Part shown: positions 27,058 to 36,068 of the stretch, piece after piece
Layout: every line of letters begins with the position of its first letter
Numbering within the stretch: the first letter of the stretch is position 1
Assembly: GCA_050249235.1 (NCBI GenBank)
Contig: JBFWQW010000008.1
Location: forward strand, 1-57,853
Origin: Acidimicrobiia bacterium
GTDB taxonomy: Bacteria > Actinomycetota > Acidimicrobiia > Acidimicrobiales > CADCSY01
Direction of reading: 5' to 3'
DNA length: 57,853 bases
The notes under the pieces: model-generated
Seen by the model: the letters and a program-made list of their open reading frames with translations, nothing else
The model's database searches: none
Told to the model about the DNA's origin: nothing
Translations under genes and position numbers: made by a program

Positions 27058-27468
27058 TCAGGCGGGGTGCTTGCTCAGCGAGGCCGAGTTGATGCAGTAG
27101 CGCTTGCCGGTCGGCGGCGGGCCGTCGTCGAAGAGGTGGCCGAGGTGGGCGTCGCACCGGGCGCAGCGGACCTCGACGCGGGTCATGCCGTGGGACCGGT
27201 CGACGCGCTCCTCGATGGGTGCGCCCTCGACCGGCTGCCAGAACGAGGGCCAGCCGGAACCCGACTCGAACTTCTCGCCCGAGGCGAACAGGGGCGACTC
27301 GCACACGACGCAGTGGTAGGCGCCGGGCTCGTGGTCGTCCCAGAAGCAGCCGCTGAAGGCCCGCTCGGTGTCGTCCCGCTGGGTCACGGCGTACTGCTCG
27401 GGTGTCAGCCGGGCGCGGAGCTCGTCGTCGGCGAAGGTCAGCTTGCCGGTGGCAGGGGCGTCGCTCAT
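27058..27468 (-). CDS. msrB: Peptide-methionine (R)-S-oxide reductase
   Basis: TERAF, CVVC, KFESGSGWPSF, RVEVRCARC..HLGHLFDDGP..RYCINS; ATG 7 nt after -10 TAGCCT. Confidence 0.95.
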   Translation of the reverse strand: MSDAPATGKLTFADDELRARLTPEQYAVTQRDDTERAFSGCFWDDHEPGAYHCVVCESPLFASGEKFESGSGWPSFWQPVEGAPIEERVDRSHGMTRVEVRCARCDAHLGHLFDDGPPPTGKRYCINSASLSKHPA

Positions 27469-27542
27469 GGGTCCGAGGCTAGGCCCGAGGCGCGCCGGCC
27501 GGCTCCCGGAAGGTCTCGTCGGCTCGCCGGGTGAACGGGTGC

Positions 27543-27572
27543 TTGAAGCGAACACCCGTTCGTGGCTAGGGT
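27543..27572 (+). promoter_or_regulatory. Distal recA promoter with LexA box in the spacer
   Basis: TTGAAG(27543)-18nt-TAGGGT(27567); CGAAC-ACCC-GTTCG 27549-27562. Confidence 0.85.
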
Positions 27573-27651
27573 GCGGCATCGAATCACACGCATGTGATGC
27601 AGCAGGGGGCACGTCCCGCGCTCCCACCCGGGCGGGCAGGGCCGGCCCCGG

Positions 27652-27673
27652 TGTCACACCCCCTTCGTAGGGT
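27652..27673 (+). promoter_or_regulatory. Proximal recA promoter of RecA-NDp/PafBC type
   Basis: TGTCAC-N10-TAGGGT, close to the TGTCRG-N10-TANNNT motif. Confidence 0.7.
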
Positions 27674-27734
27674 CATCCGCAAGCATCCCCCGTCGGCACG
27701 AGAGACACGAGAAGAACGAGTGAAGGAGCGACCC

Positions 27735-28793
27735 GTGGAGCGTGAGAAGGCCCTCGAGATGGCCCTGGCCCAGATCGACAAGAACTTCGGCAAGGGCTCG
27801 ATCATGAAGATGGGCGAGAAGGGCTCGATGCGGGTCGAGACCATCTCGACCGGTGCCCTCGCCCTCGACATCGCCCTCGGCGTGGGGGGCCTGCCCCGCG
27901 GTCGGGTGGTCGAGATCTACGGCCCCGAGTCCTCCGGCAAGTCCACCATGGCCATGCACGTGGTCGCCGAGGCCCAGCGCAACGGCGGCATCTGCGCCTA
28001 CGTCGACGCCGAGCACGCCATGGACCCTGCCTACGCCGCCAACATCGGCGTCGACACCGACGAGCTGCTCATCTCGCAGCCCGACACCGGTGAGCAGGCG
28101 CTCGAGATCGTCGACATGCTCATCCGCTCGGGTGCGCTCGACGTGGTCGTGATCGACTCGGTCGCCGCCCTCACGCCGAAGGCCGAGATCGAGGGCGAGA
28201 TGGGCGACAGCCACGTCGGCCTCCAGGCCCGGCTCATGTCCCAGGCGCTGCGCAAGCTCACCGCCAACCTCAACAAGTCGAACACGGTCTGCATCTTCAT
28301 CAACCAGCTGCGGGAGAAGATCGGCGTGATGTTCGGTTCGCCCGAGACCACCCCCGGGGGCCGGGCGCTGAAGTTCTACTCCTCGGTCCGGCTCGACATC
28401 CGCCGCATCGAGTCGATCAAGGACGGCGTCGAGGTGGTGGGCAACCGCACCCGGGTGAAGGTGGTGAAGAACAAGGTCGCCCCGCCGTTCAAGCAGGCCG
28501 AGTTCGACATCATGTACGGCAAGGGCATCAGCCGCGAGGGCTCGATCATCGACATCGGGGTCGACCTCGGCATCGTGAGCAAGTCCGGTGCCTGGTACAC
28601 CTACGACGGCGAGCAGCTTGGTCAGGGCAAGGAGAACGCCAAGTCCTTCCTGGCCGACAACCTCGAGATCATGGTGGAGATCGACGAGCGGATCCGCCGC
28701 CAGGTGCTCGTCGTCCCGGGCGAGGCCGACGTCGATCTCGAGGAGGCCGACGGGGTGCTCGATCCCGACGACCAGCCCATCAGCCTCGACTGA
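27735..28793 (+). CDS. recA: Recombinase RecA
   Basis: [39 protein letters not shown]; AAGGAG RBS; 352 aa, no intein. Confidence 0.98.
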   Translation: MEREKALEMALAQIDKNFGKGSIMKMGEKGSMRVETISTGALALDIALGVGGLPRGRVVEIYGPESSGKSTMAMHVVAEAQRNGGICAYVDAEHAMDPAYAANIGVDTDELLISQPDTGEQALEIVDMLIRSGALDVVVIDSVAALTPKAEIEGEMGDSHVGLQARLMSQALRKLTANLNKSNTVCIFINQLREKIGVMFGSPETTPGGRALKFYSSVRLDIRRIESIKDGVEVVGNRTRVKVVKNKVAPPFKQAEFDIMYGKGISREGSIIDIGVDLGIVSKSGAWYTYDGEQLGQGKENAKSFLADNLEIMVEIDERIRRQVLVVPGEADVDLEEADGVLDPDDQPISLD

Positions 28794-28872
28794 ACCCGGG
28801 CCCGGATCGCCCGGGCCGGGCCGGGTGGCGCGAGGGGAGGTCAGGTCCCCGTCACCGTCGAAGTGACGGGCG

Positions 28873-29334
28873 GTGACGGCCCCGCTCCACCAACGCCCCG
28901 AGACGATCGACCTGACCCCGGCTCCAGCCCCCGCCGCAGCTGGGGTCGAGGTCGAGGTCGAGGAGCACGCCAGCGGCCCCGACGCCGGTCACGGGGTCGA
29001 GGTGCTGAAGGTGTCGGCCCGCTCGCATCCGACGTCGGTGGCGGGCGCCATCGCCGGGGTGATCCGGGGTCGGGGCCTGGCCGAGATCCAGGTGGTCGGG
29101 GCCGGGGCGCTCAACCAGGCGGTGAAGGCCGTGGCCGTCGCCCGGGGCTTCCTCGCCGCCGACGGTCTCGACCTGGTGTGCACGCCGTCGTTCGCCGACG
29201 TCGAGATCGACGGCGAGCACCGCACCGCCATCCGGCTCACCATCGAGGACCGCGACCGGCGCCGGGCTGGGCCGCGCTCACACGACATCCCGAGCCCGCT
29301 CCCAGGTGATCCCCAGGTGGGTGCCGTCGTCTGA
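28873..29334 (+). CDS. spoVS: SpoVS family (Alba-like) protein with N- and C-terminal extensions
   Basis: VLKVSARSHPTSVAGAIAG..GAGALNQAVKAVAVARGF..EIDGEHRTAIRL is the SpoVS signature; start uncertain. Confidence 0.9.
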   Translation: MTAPLHQRPETIDLTPAPAPAAAGVEVEVEEHASGPDAGHGVEVLKVSARSHPTSVAGAIAGVIRGRGLAEIQVVGAGALNQAVKAVAVARGFLAADGLDLVCTPSFADVEIDGEHRTAIRLTIEDRDRRRAGPRSHDIPSPLPGDPQVGAVV

Positions 29335-29370
29335 CGGCCGTGTTCCACCTCAGCTACGCCGTCCACGACG

Positions 29371-29495
29371 GCTCGGGGCGCCTTCGGCGCTGGGCCGCTC
29401 GGGCCCTGTTCTCCGCTCGGGGCGCCTTCGGCGCTGGGCCGCTCAGGCCCTGTTCTCCGCTCTGGGCGCGTTCGCGCCGGGCCGCTCGGGCCCTG
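29371..29495. repeat. 44-bp double-hairpin tandem repeat, ~2.8 copies (REP/BIME-like)
   Basis: Units 29371-29414, 29415-29458, partial 29459-29495; each has GCGCC-TTC-GGCGC and GGGCC-GCTCR-GGCCC stems (first stem varies in unit 3). Confidence 0.88.
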
Positions 29496-29534
29496 GGAGC
29501 GCCGATCGGCGCACCCTCTAACCTCGCGGCGCCC

Positions 29535-30953
29535 ATGGCCACCGACCACGTCCCCGCCGCCGCGCCCCGCCGCTACCTCGTGCGGACCTTCGGGTGCCAG
29601 ATGAACGAGCACGACTCCGAGCGGCTGGCCGGGCTGCTCGAGGCCGACGGCCTCGTGCCCGCCGCCGGCGAGGCCGACGCCGACGTGGTGGTCCTCAACA
29701 CCTGCTGCATCCGGGAGAACGCCGACAACCGCCTCTACGGCACCCTCGGGCACCTCAAGAGCCTCAAGGCGTCCCGGCCGGGCATGCAGCTGGCCGTCGC
29801 CGGCTGCCTGGCCCAGAAGGACCGCGACGAGATCCAGCGGCGGGCGCCCTACGTCGACGTCGTGCTCGGCACCCACAACACGGCCAGCGCCGTCGAACTG
29901 CTCCACCGGGCCACCACCGAGGGACCGGTCATGGAGATCCTGGAGGAGAGCGAGGCCTTCCCCTCCGCGCTGCCCGTCCGTCGGGAGCAGGGCTGGGCGG
30001 CGTGGGTGACGATCCAGGTCGGCTGCGACAACAGCTGCGCGTTCTGCATCGTGCCCTCCGTCCGGGGTCGTGAGATCAGCCGGCCGGTCGCCGACGTCGT
30101 GGCCGAGGTCGAGGGCCTGGTGGCGGCGGGCGTCGTCGAGGTGACGCTGCTCGGCCAGAACGTCAACTCCTACGGCCGCGACCTCACCCGCCGCCGCCCG
30201 CTGTTCGCCGAGCTCCTCCGGGCCGTCGGCGCTGTCGAGGGCATCCGCCGGGTCCGCTACACGAGCCCGCACCCGAAGGATCTCCGGACCGAGACGATCG
30301 CGGCCATGGCCGAGGTGCCGGCCGTGTGCGAGCACCTGCACCTGCCCCTGCAGTCCGGGAGCGACCGGGTGCTGGCGGCCATGCACCGGGGCTACACCGC
30401 CGAGCGCTACCTCGGCCGCCTGGCCGAGGCTCGGGCGGCCGTGCCCGACCTGGCCGTGAGCACCGACCTGATCGTCGGGTTCCCGGGCGAGACCGAGGCC
30501 GACTTCGAACGCACGCTCGAGGTGGTGGCCGAGGCGGCCTACGACAGCACCTACACGTTCCTCTTCAGCCCCCGACCGGGCACGGAGGCGGCCGGTCGCA
30601 CGGAGGCGTTCGTGCCGGCCGCGGTCGCCGCCGAGCGCTTCGAGCGGCTGCGGATCGTGGTCGAGCGCAGCGCCCTCGCCCGGCACCGGGCCCGGGTCGG
30701 CCGCACCGAGGAGGTCGTGGTGGAGGGCCGGAGCCGCAAGGACGCCGCCGTGCTCACCGGCCGCACCCGCCAGAACAAGCTCGTGCACTTCCGCCCTTCG
30801 GCCGGGCCCGACGGTGCGCCCGTCCCCGTGGCGGCCGGCTCGTTCGGCCTCGTCACCGTCACCGGCGCCGCGCCCCACCACCTCACCGGCGAGCTGGTGA
30901 CGCTCACCGACCGGCCCCGCCACCGGGTGCGGATCCCGGTCAGCGCCGGCTGA
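29535..30953 (+). CDS. miaB: tRNA-i6A37 methylthiotransferase
   Basis: TFGCQMNEHDSE, NTCCIRE, CDNSCAFC, LGQNVNSYG, HLPLQSGS, TRAM domain. Confidence 0.96.
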   Translation: MATDHVPAAAPRRYLVRTFGCQMNEHDSERLAGLLEADGLVPAAGEADADVVVLNTCCIRENADNRLYGTLGHLKSLKASRPGMQLAVAGCLAQKDRDEIQRRAPYVDVVLGTHNTASAVELLHRATTEGPVMEILEESEAFPSALPVRREQGWAAWVTIQVGCDNSCAFCIVPSVRGREISRPVADVVAEVEGLVAAGVVEVTLLGQNVNSYGRDLTRRRPLFAELLRAVGAVEGIRRVRYTSPHPKDLRTETIAAMAEVPAVCEHLHLPLQSGSDRVLAAMHRGYTAERYLGRLAEARAAVPDLAVSTDLIVGFPGETEADFERTLEVVAEAAYDSTYTFLFSPRPGTEAAGRTEAFVPAAVAAERFERLRIVVERSALARHRARVGRTEEVVVEGRSRKDAAVLTGRTRQNKLVHFRPSAGPDGAPVPVAAGSFGLVTVTGAAPHHLTGELVTLTDRPRHRVRIPVSAG

Positions 30954-30964
30954 CCGGCCCACCG

Positions 30965-31900
30965 ATGCCGGCACCTGCGCCGTCACCGGGCGGGGCGGCG
31001 CCCCTCGTCGCCATCGTCGGCCCGACGGCCACGGGGAAGTCCGCCTTCGCCCTCGCCGTGGCCACCCGGCTCCCGGCCGCCGAGGTGGTGTCGGCCGACG
31101 CCCTCCTCGTCTACCGGGGCATGGACGTCGGCACGGCCAAGCCCTCCGCCGCCGACCGCGCCCTCGTCCGCCACCACCTGGTGGACGTCGTCGACCCCGA
31201 CGAGGAGTACTCGCTGGCCCGCTTCGTCGCCGACGGTCGGGCCGCCCTGACCGGCATCGCAGCCCGGGGGTCGGTCGCCGTCGTCGCCGGCGGCACCGGG
31301 CTATACGTGCGGGGCCTGGTCGACGACCTGGAGGTGCCGGGCCGGTGGCCGTCGGTCCGGGCCGACCTGGACGCCGAGCCGGACACCGCCCGGCTGCACG
31401 TCCGGCTGGCCGCCCTCGACCCGGTGGCCGCGGCCCGCATGGAGCCCGGCAACCGGCGCCGCGTGCTCCGGGCCCTGGAGGTGACGCTCGGCGCCGGGCG
31501 CCCGTTCTCCTCGTTCGGGCCGGGGCTGGCCACCTACCCGCCCGTCCCCACCCGCCTGGTGGGCCTCGACCTCCCGGTCGGCGAGCTCGACCGCCGGATC
31601 GAGGCCCGGGTGGCGGCCATGGTGGCGGGTGGGCTGGTGGCCGAGGTGGCGGCCCTGGCCGACCGGCCCGGCGGCCTGTCCCGCACGGCCCGCCAGGGGC
31701 TCGGCTACCGGCAGGTGCTGGCCCACCTCGAGGGCAGCTGCTCCCTCGACGAGGCCGTCGCAACCGTGGTGGCCGACACCCGTCGCCTCGCCCGCCGCCA
31801 GCGCCGCTGGTTCCGGCGCGATCCCCGGATCGAGTGGCGCGACGCCGACGCCCTCGATCCCGACGGCCTCGACCTCGACCGCCCGGTCGCCGACGCCTGA
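30965..31900 (+). CDS. miaA: tRNA dimethylallyltransferase
   Basis: GPTATGKS, VYRGMDVGTAKP, GGTGLY, RRVLRALEV, ARRQRRWF. Confidence 0.95.
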   Translation: MPAPAPSPGGAAPLVAIVGPTATGKSAFALAVATRLPAAEVVSADALLVYRGMDVGTAKPSAADRALVRHHLVDVVDPDEEYSLARFVADGRAALTGIAARGSVAVVAGGTGLYVRGLVDDLEVPGRWPSVRADLDAEPDTARLHVRLAALDPVAAARMEPGNRRRVLRALEVTLGAGRPFSSFGPGLATYPPVPTRLVGLDLPVGELDRRIEARVAAMVAGGLVAEVAALADRPGGLSRTARQGLGYRQVLAHLEGSCSLDEAVATVVADTRRLARRQRRWFRRDPRIEWRDADALDPDGLDLDRPVADA

Positions 31901-31961
31901 TCCCCGGAACCGCACCGAAAGCCGGGCGCGGGTGGCGGGAGGCAGCCGGCAGACTGTGCCG

Positions 31962-32753
31962 GTGCACGGCGGAACGCGGCGCTTCTCGAAGCTGCACGGG
32001 TTGGGCAACGACTTCCTCGTCGCCGTCGACCCGGAGGGCGTCGCGCCCATCGACGGGGCGATGGCGAAGGACCTCTGCGACCGCCACACGGGCGTCGGCG
32101 CCGACGGGCTCCTCCACGTCGACGGCGGGCTGCGCATGACGCTGTTCAACGCCGACGGCAGCCGGGCGGCGATGAGCGGCAACGGGATCCGCTGCCTGGC
32201 CCACGCCCTGGCCCGCTCCCAGGGCGTCGACCTCACCGCCGGCGGCGCGGCCTACGACATCGTCACCGACGCCGGCGTCCGGCGGGTCGAGCTCGAGCCC
32301 GGCTCCGGTTCCAACACCGCCTGGGGGCGGGTCGACATGGGCCCGGTCCGCCAGATCCCCGTGATCGGTCCCGGGCTCGGCGCCGAGGCGACGATGGGCA
32401 TCGACGTCGGCAACCCCCACCTCGTCGCCAGGTTCCGGGACGAGAAGGCCGTCGCTGCCGCCATCGGGCGCAGCGACGAGCCCGACCGCAACGTCGAGTT
32501 CGTCGCCGTGCTGGCGCCCGACCGCCTCTTCATGCGGGTCGTCGAGCGGGGGGTGGGGGAGACCCTGGCCTGCGGGACGGGGGCCACGGCCGCGGCCTGG
32601 GCCGCCCACCGCTGGGGCCTCGTCGGCGAGCACGTCACCGTCGTCATGCCCGGCGGCGAGGCCACGGTCGAGCTCGGCCGGCCGGTGCGGCTGGCCGGAC
32701 CCTCCGTGCACGTAGCCGACGTCGACGTGCCGGCACCGACAGGGGCGTCGTAG
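31962..32753 (+). CDS. dapF: Diaminopimelate epimerase
   Basis: KLHGLGNDF, GVGADG, NADGS.AAMSGNGIRC, GNPH, ERGVGETLACGTG. Confidence 0.93.
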   Translation: MHGGTRRFSKLHGLGNDFLVAVDPEGVAPIDGAMAKDLCDRHTGVGADGLLHVDGGLRMTLFNADGSRAAMSGNGIRCLAHALARSQGVDLTAGGAAYDIVTDAGVRRVELEPGSGSNTAWGRVDMGPVRQIPVIGPGLGAEATMGIDVGNPHLVARFRDEKAVAAAIGRSDEPDRNVEFVAVLAPDRLFMRVVERGVGETLACGTGATAAAWAAHRWGLVGEHVTVVMPGGEATVELGRPVRLAGPSVHVADVDVPAPTGAS

Positions 32754-32756
32754 CCC

Positions 32757-34058
32757 GTGGCACTGATCGAGCGCTCCTTCCGGGAGCGCATCGTGCTCGT
32801 CGGGGTCACCATGCCGCCGGCCTCGGCCGAGGAGACCGACGCCCATCTCGACGAGCTGGCCCTGCTGGTCGACACCGCCGGCGCCGACGTGGTGGCCCGC
32901 GTCGTGCAGCGGCGGGACCGACCCGACCCGGCCACGTTCGTCGGCAAGGGCAAGGCCCAGGAGCTCCGAGAGGTGTCCCTCGACGTCGACGCCGACACGG
33001 TCGTGTTCGACGACGACCTCTCGCCGGCCCAGCAGCGCAACCTGGAGGCCGTCCTCGGCCGAACCGCCATCAGCCGGACCGAGGTGATCCTCGACATCTT
33101 CGCCCAGAACGCCCGCACCCCCGAGGGCCGGGCCCAGGTCGAGCTGGCCCAGCTCCGCCACCGCCTACCCCGCCTCCGGGGCCGGGGCGCCCAGCTCTCC
33201 CGCCAGGCCGGCGCCATGGGTGCCGGCGGGGCGCGGGCGCCGATCGGCTCCCGCGGGCCCGGCGAGACCCAGCTCGAGGTCGACCGCCGCCGGCTGTTGA
33301 GCCGGGTCACCAAGCTCGAGGGAGAGCTGCGCCAGCTGACGGCCACCCGCCGCACCCAGCGCAAGGGCCGGGCCCGGGCCGGCAACCGCACGGTCTCCGT
33401 GGTCGGCTACACCAACGCCGGCAAGTCCACGCTGCTGAACGCGCTCACCGACGCCGGCGTCCTCGTCGAGGACCGCCTCTTCGCCACCCTCGATCCCCGG
33501 GTCCGGCGCCTCGACCTCCCCGGGGGCGAAGCGGTCCTGCTCGCCGACACGGTGGGCTTCGTGCGCAAGCTGCCCCACCAGCTGGTGGAGGCGTTTCGGT
33601 CGACGCTCGAGGCCGTCGCCGAGTCGCACCTGCTCGTTCACCTGGTGGACGCCTCGGCGCCCGACCCCGAGGCCCAGCTGGCCGCCGTGCGCACCGTGCT
33701 CGAGGAGATCGGTGCAGACGGGGTGCCCGAGCTCGTCGTCCTCAACAAGATCGACCTGGCGCGGGTCGACCCCGGCGACCTGGCCCGGCTGCTGGCCGCC
33801 CACGAGGGCGCCGTCGCCATCTCGGCCCGCACCGGCGAGGGCGTCGACGAGCTGCTGCACACCATCGCCGACCGCCTCCGGGCGCTGGAGCAGGTGGTGG
33901 AGCTGCGGGTGCCCTTCGAGCGGGGCGACGTGCTGGCCGGCCTGCACCGCGACGGCGAGGTGCTGTCCGAGGCCGCCGACGACGGCGCCATGCGGGTCCG
34001 GGCCCGGCTCGACGCCAGCACCGCCGGGCGCTACCGCGAGTGGACGACGGCGTCGTGA
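32757..34058 (+). CDS. hflX: Ribosome-splitting GTPase HflX
   Basis: ILDIFAQNA, GPGETQLE, GYTNAGKST, LFATLD, DTVGF, NKID. Confidence 0.97.
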   Translation: MALIERSFRERIVLVGVTMPPASAEETDAHLDELALLVDTAGADVVARVVQRRDRPDPATFVGKGKAQELREVSLDVDADTVVFDDDLSPAQQRNLEAVLGRTAISRTEVILDIFAQNARTPEGRAQVELAQLRHRLPRLRGRGAQLSRQAGAMGAGGARAPIGSRGPGETQLEVDRRRLLSRVTKLEGELRQLTATRRTQRKGRARAGNRTVSVVGYTNAGKSTLLNALTDAGVLVEDRLFATLDPRVRRLDLPGGEAVLLADTVGFVRKLPHQLVEAFRSTLEAVAESHLLVHLVDASAPDPEAQLAAVRTVLEEIGADGVPELVVLNKIDLARVDPGDLARLLAAHEGAVAISARTGEGVDELLHTIADRLRALEQVVELRVPFERGDVLAGLHRDGEVLSEAADDGAMRVRARLDASTAGRYREWTTAS

Positions 34059-35173
34059 GCGCCGCCGCCGGCTTCGTCCCACCGGCCTACCCCTACGACC
34101 GGTTGGCCCCGCTCGAGGCCGAGGCGAACCGCCACGAGGGCGGCGTCGTCGACCTGTCCGTCGGCACGCCCTGCGACCCGCCCCCACCGGCCGTGCTGGA
34201 GGCCCTGGCCGGCTCCGGCGCCGAGCGGGGCTATCCCGCGTCGATCGGCTCCCTGGCGCTTCGCCGGGCCGCCGGCGAGTGGCTCGGCCGGCGGCACGAC
34301 GTCGACGTCGATCCGGCCGACGTGGCCGCCTGCATCGGCACCAAGGAGCTGGTGGCGGGCATGCCCCACTGGCTGCGCCTGCGCCGGCCCGACCGCGACA
34401 CGGTGCTGTACCCGGCGGTCAGCTACCCGTCCTACGAGATGGGGGCCGTCCTGGCCGGCTGTCGGGCCGTGGCCGTCCCGGTCGACGACGAATGGCGGCT
34501 CGACCTCGCCGCCGTCGACCCGGCCGACGCGGCCAGGGCGCTCTGCCTCTGGTCGAACACGCCGGGCAACCCGGCCGGCGGCCTCGACGACCTCGAGGCG
34601 GTCGCAGCCTGGGGCCGCGACCACGGGGTGCCCGTGCTCTCCGACGAGTGCTACGTGGCCTACACGTGGGACGGCCCGGCCCGGACGATCCTGCGGAGCG
34701 GCACCGAGGGCGTGCTCGCCGTCCACTCGGTGTCGAAGACGTTCAACCTGGCCGGCCTCCGCGTCGGCTTCTACACCGGCGACCACCACCTGGTGCAGTA
34801 CCTGGCCGAGCTGCGCAAGCACGCCGGCTTCATGGTCCCCGGCCCGGCCCAGCACGCCGCCGCGGTGGCACTGGCCCAGGACGACGCGGTGGCGGCCCAG
34901 CGCGAGGTCTACCGCCGCCGCCTGGACCGCATGGCCGCCGTCCTGCGCGACGCCTACGGCATCGACGTCCCGATGCCGGGTGGGGGCTTCTACCTCTGGG
35001 TGCCCGCACCCGACGGCGACGCCTGGGCGTTCGCCGCCCGTCTGGCCGCCGAAGCCGGGGCGCTCGTCTCCCCGGGCGAGTTCTACGGCAGCCGGGCCGC
35101 CGGCCACGTACGGGTGGCGATGGTCCAGCCCGACGACCGGATCGAGCTCGTCGCCCGCCGCCTCGGCCTGTAG
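34055..35173 (+). CDS. dapC: Succinyldiaminopimelate aminotransferase (class I/II PLP)
   Basis: DLSVGTP, NTPGNPAG, SDECY, HSVSKTFNLAGLRVG; next to dapD and dapE. Confidence 0.85.
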   Translation: MSAAAGFVPPAYPYDRLAPLEAEANRHEGGVVDLSVGTPCDPPPPAVLEALAGSGAERGYPASIGSLALRRAAGEWLGRRHDVDVDPADVAACIGTKELVAGMPHWLRLRRPDRDTVLYPAVSYPSYEMGAVLAGCRAVAVPVDDEWRLDLAAVDPADAARALCLWSNTPGNPAGGLDDLEAVAAWGRDHGVPVLSDECYVAYTWDGPARTILRSGTEGVLAVHSVSKTFNLAGLRVGFYTGDHHLVQYLAELRKHAGFMVPGPAQHAAAVALAQDDAVAAQREVYRRRLDRMAAVLRDAYGIDVPMPGGGFYLWVPAPDGDAWAFAARLAAEAGALVSPGEFYGSRAAGHVRVAMVQPDDRIELVARRLGL

Positions 35174-35233
35174 GGGTCGCGGCGGGGGAGATGCCGGGCG
35201 GGCGGCAGACCGTGACGACGTACCCTTCAGGGC

Positions 35234-36061
35234 ATGGCCGACCTCGCATCGCAGATCGACGAGCTCTGGGACACCCGCGACGCGCTGGCGCCCGGCGATC
35301 CCGAGGCCGGGGCCCTGATCCACGAGGCGATCGACCTCCTCGACACCGGCCAGGCCCGGGTGGCCGAGGTCGATCCGGCCACCGACCAGGTGGTCGTCCA
35401 CGAGTGGCTGAAGCGGGCCATCCTCCTGCTCTTCCGCCAGAGCCGGATGGAGACGATCGAGCTCGGGCCCTTCGAGTTCGCCGACAAGATCCCCTTGAAG
35501 GCGAACTACCAGGAGGCCGGGGTGCGGGTCGTGCCCGGCGGGTCGGCCCGCTACGGGTCGTTCCTCGACCGGGGCGTCATCCTCATGCCGAGCTACACGA
35601 ACATCGGCGCCCGGGTCGGGGCCAACACCATGGTCGACACGTGGGCCACCGTCGGCTCCTGCGCCCAGATCGGCGCCAACGTCCACCTGTCCGGCGGGGT
35701 CGGCATCGGCGGCGTGCTCGAGCCGCCGCAGGCCGCGCCGGTCGTCGTCGAGGACGACGCCATGATCGGCAGCCGGTGCATGGTCACCCAGGGCGCCCGG
35801 GTCGGGCGGGGGTCGGTGCTCGGCGAAGGCGCGGTGCTCAACCCGTCCATCCCGGTCATCGACGCGGAGACGGGCGCCGAGCTGAGCCGGGGCCACCTGC
35901 CGGCCTGGTGCGTCGGCGTCGGGGCCACGAGGCGCCGCCAGTTCCCGGGCGGCGAGTTCGGCCTGCCCTGCGTCCTCGTGCTGCGCCACCTCACCGAGGG
36001 CGAGCGCCACGACAAGGCCACGCTCAACGACATCCTCCGCGACCACGGGGTGAACGTGTGA
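35234..36061 (+). CDS. dapD: Tetrahydrodipicolinate N-succinyltransferase
   Basis: WLKRAILL, DKIPLK, VRVVP, MVDTWATVGSCAQIG, SGGVGIGGVLEP hexapeptide repeats. Confidence 0.95.
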   Translation: MADLASQIDELWDTRDALAPGDPEAGALIHEAIDLLDTGQARVAEVDPATDQVVVHEWLKRAILLLFRQSRMETIELGPFEFADKIPLKANYQEAGVRVVPGGSARYGSFLDRGVILMPSYTNIGARVGANTMVDTWATVGSCAQIGANVHLSGGVGIGGVLEPPQAAPVVVEDDAMIGSRCMVTQGARVGRGSVLGEGAVLNPSIPVIDAETGAELSRGHLPAWCVGVGATRRRQFPGGEFGLPCVLVLRHLTEGERHDKATLNDILRDHGVNV

Positions 36062-36068
36062 GCCAGCC

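Noticed and set aside
27735-28793. Intein in RecA (and in NrdJ)
   Set aside because: Lengths are normal (352 and 951 aa) and conserved motifs are contiguous
29371-29495. CRISPR array
   Set aside because: Units are head-to-tail with no unique spacers, and there are no cas genes in the window
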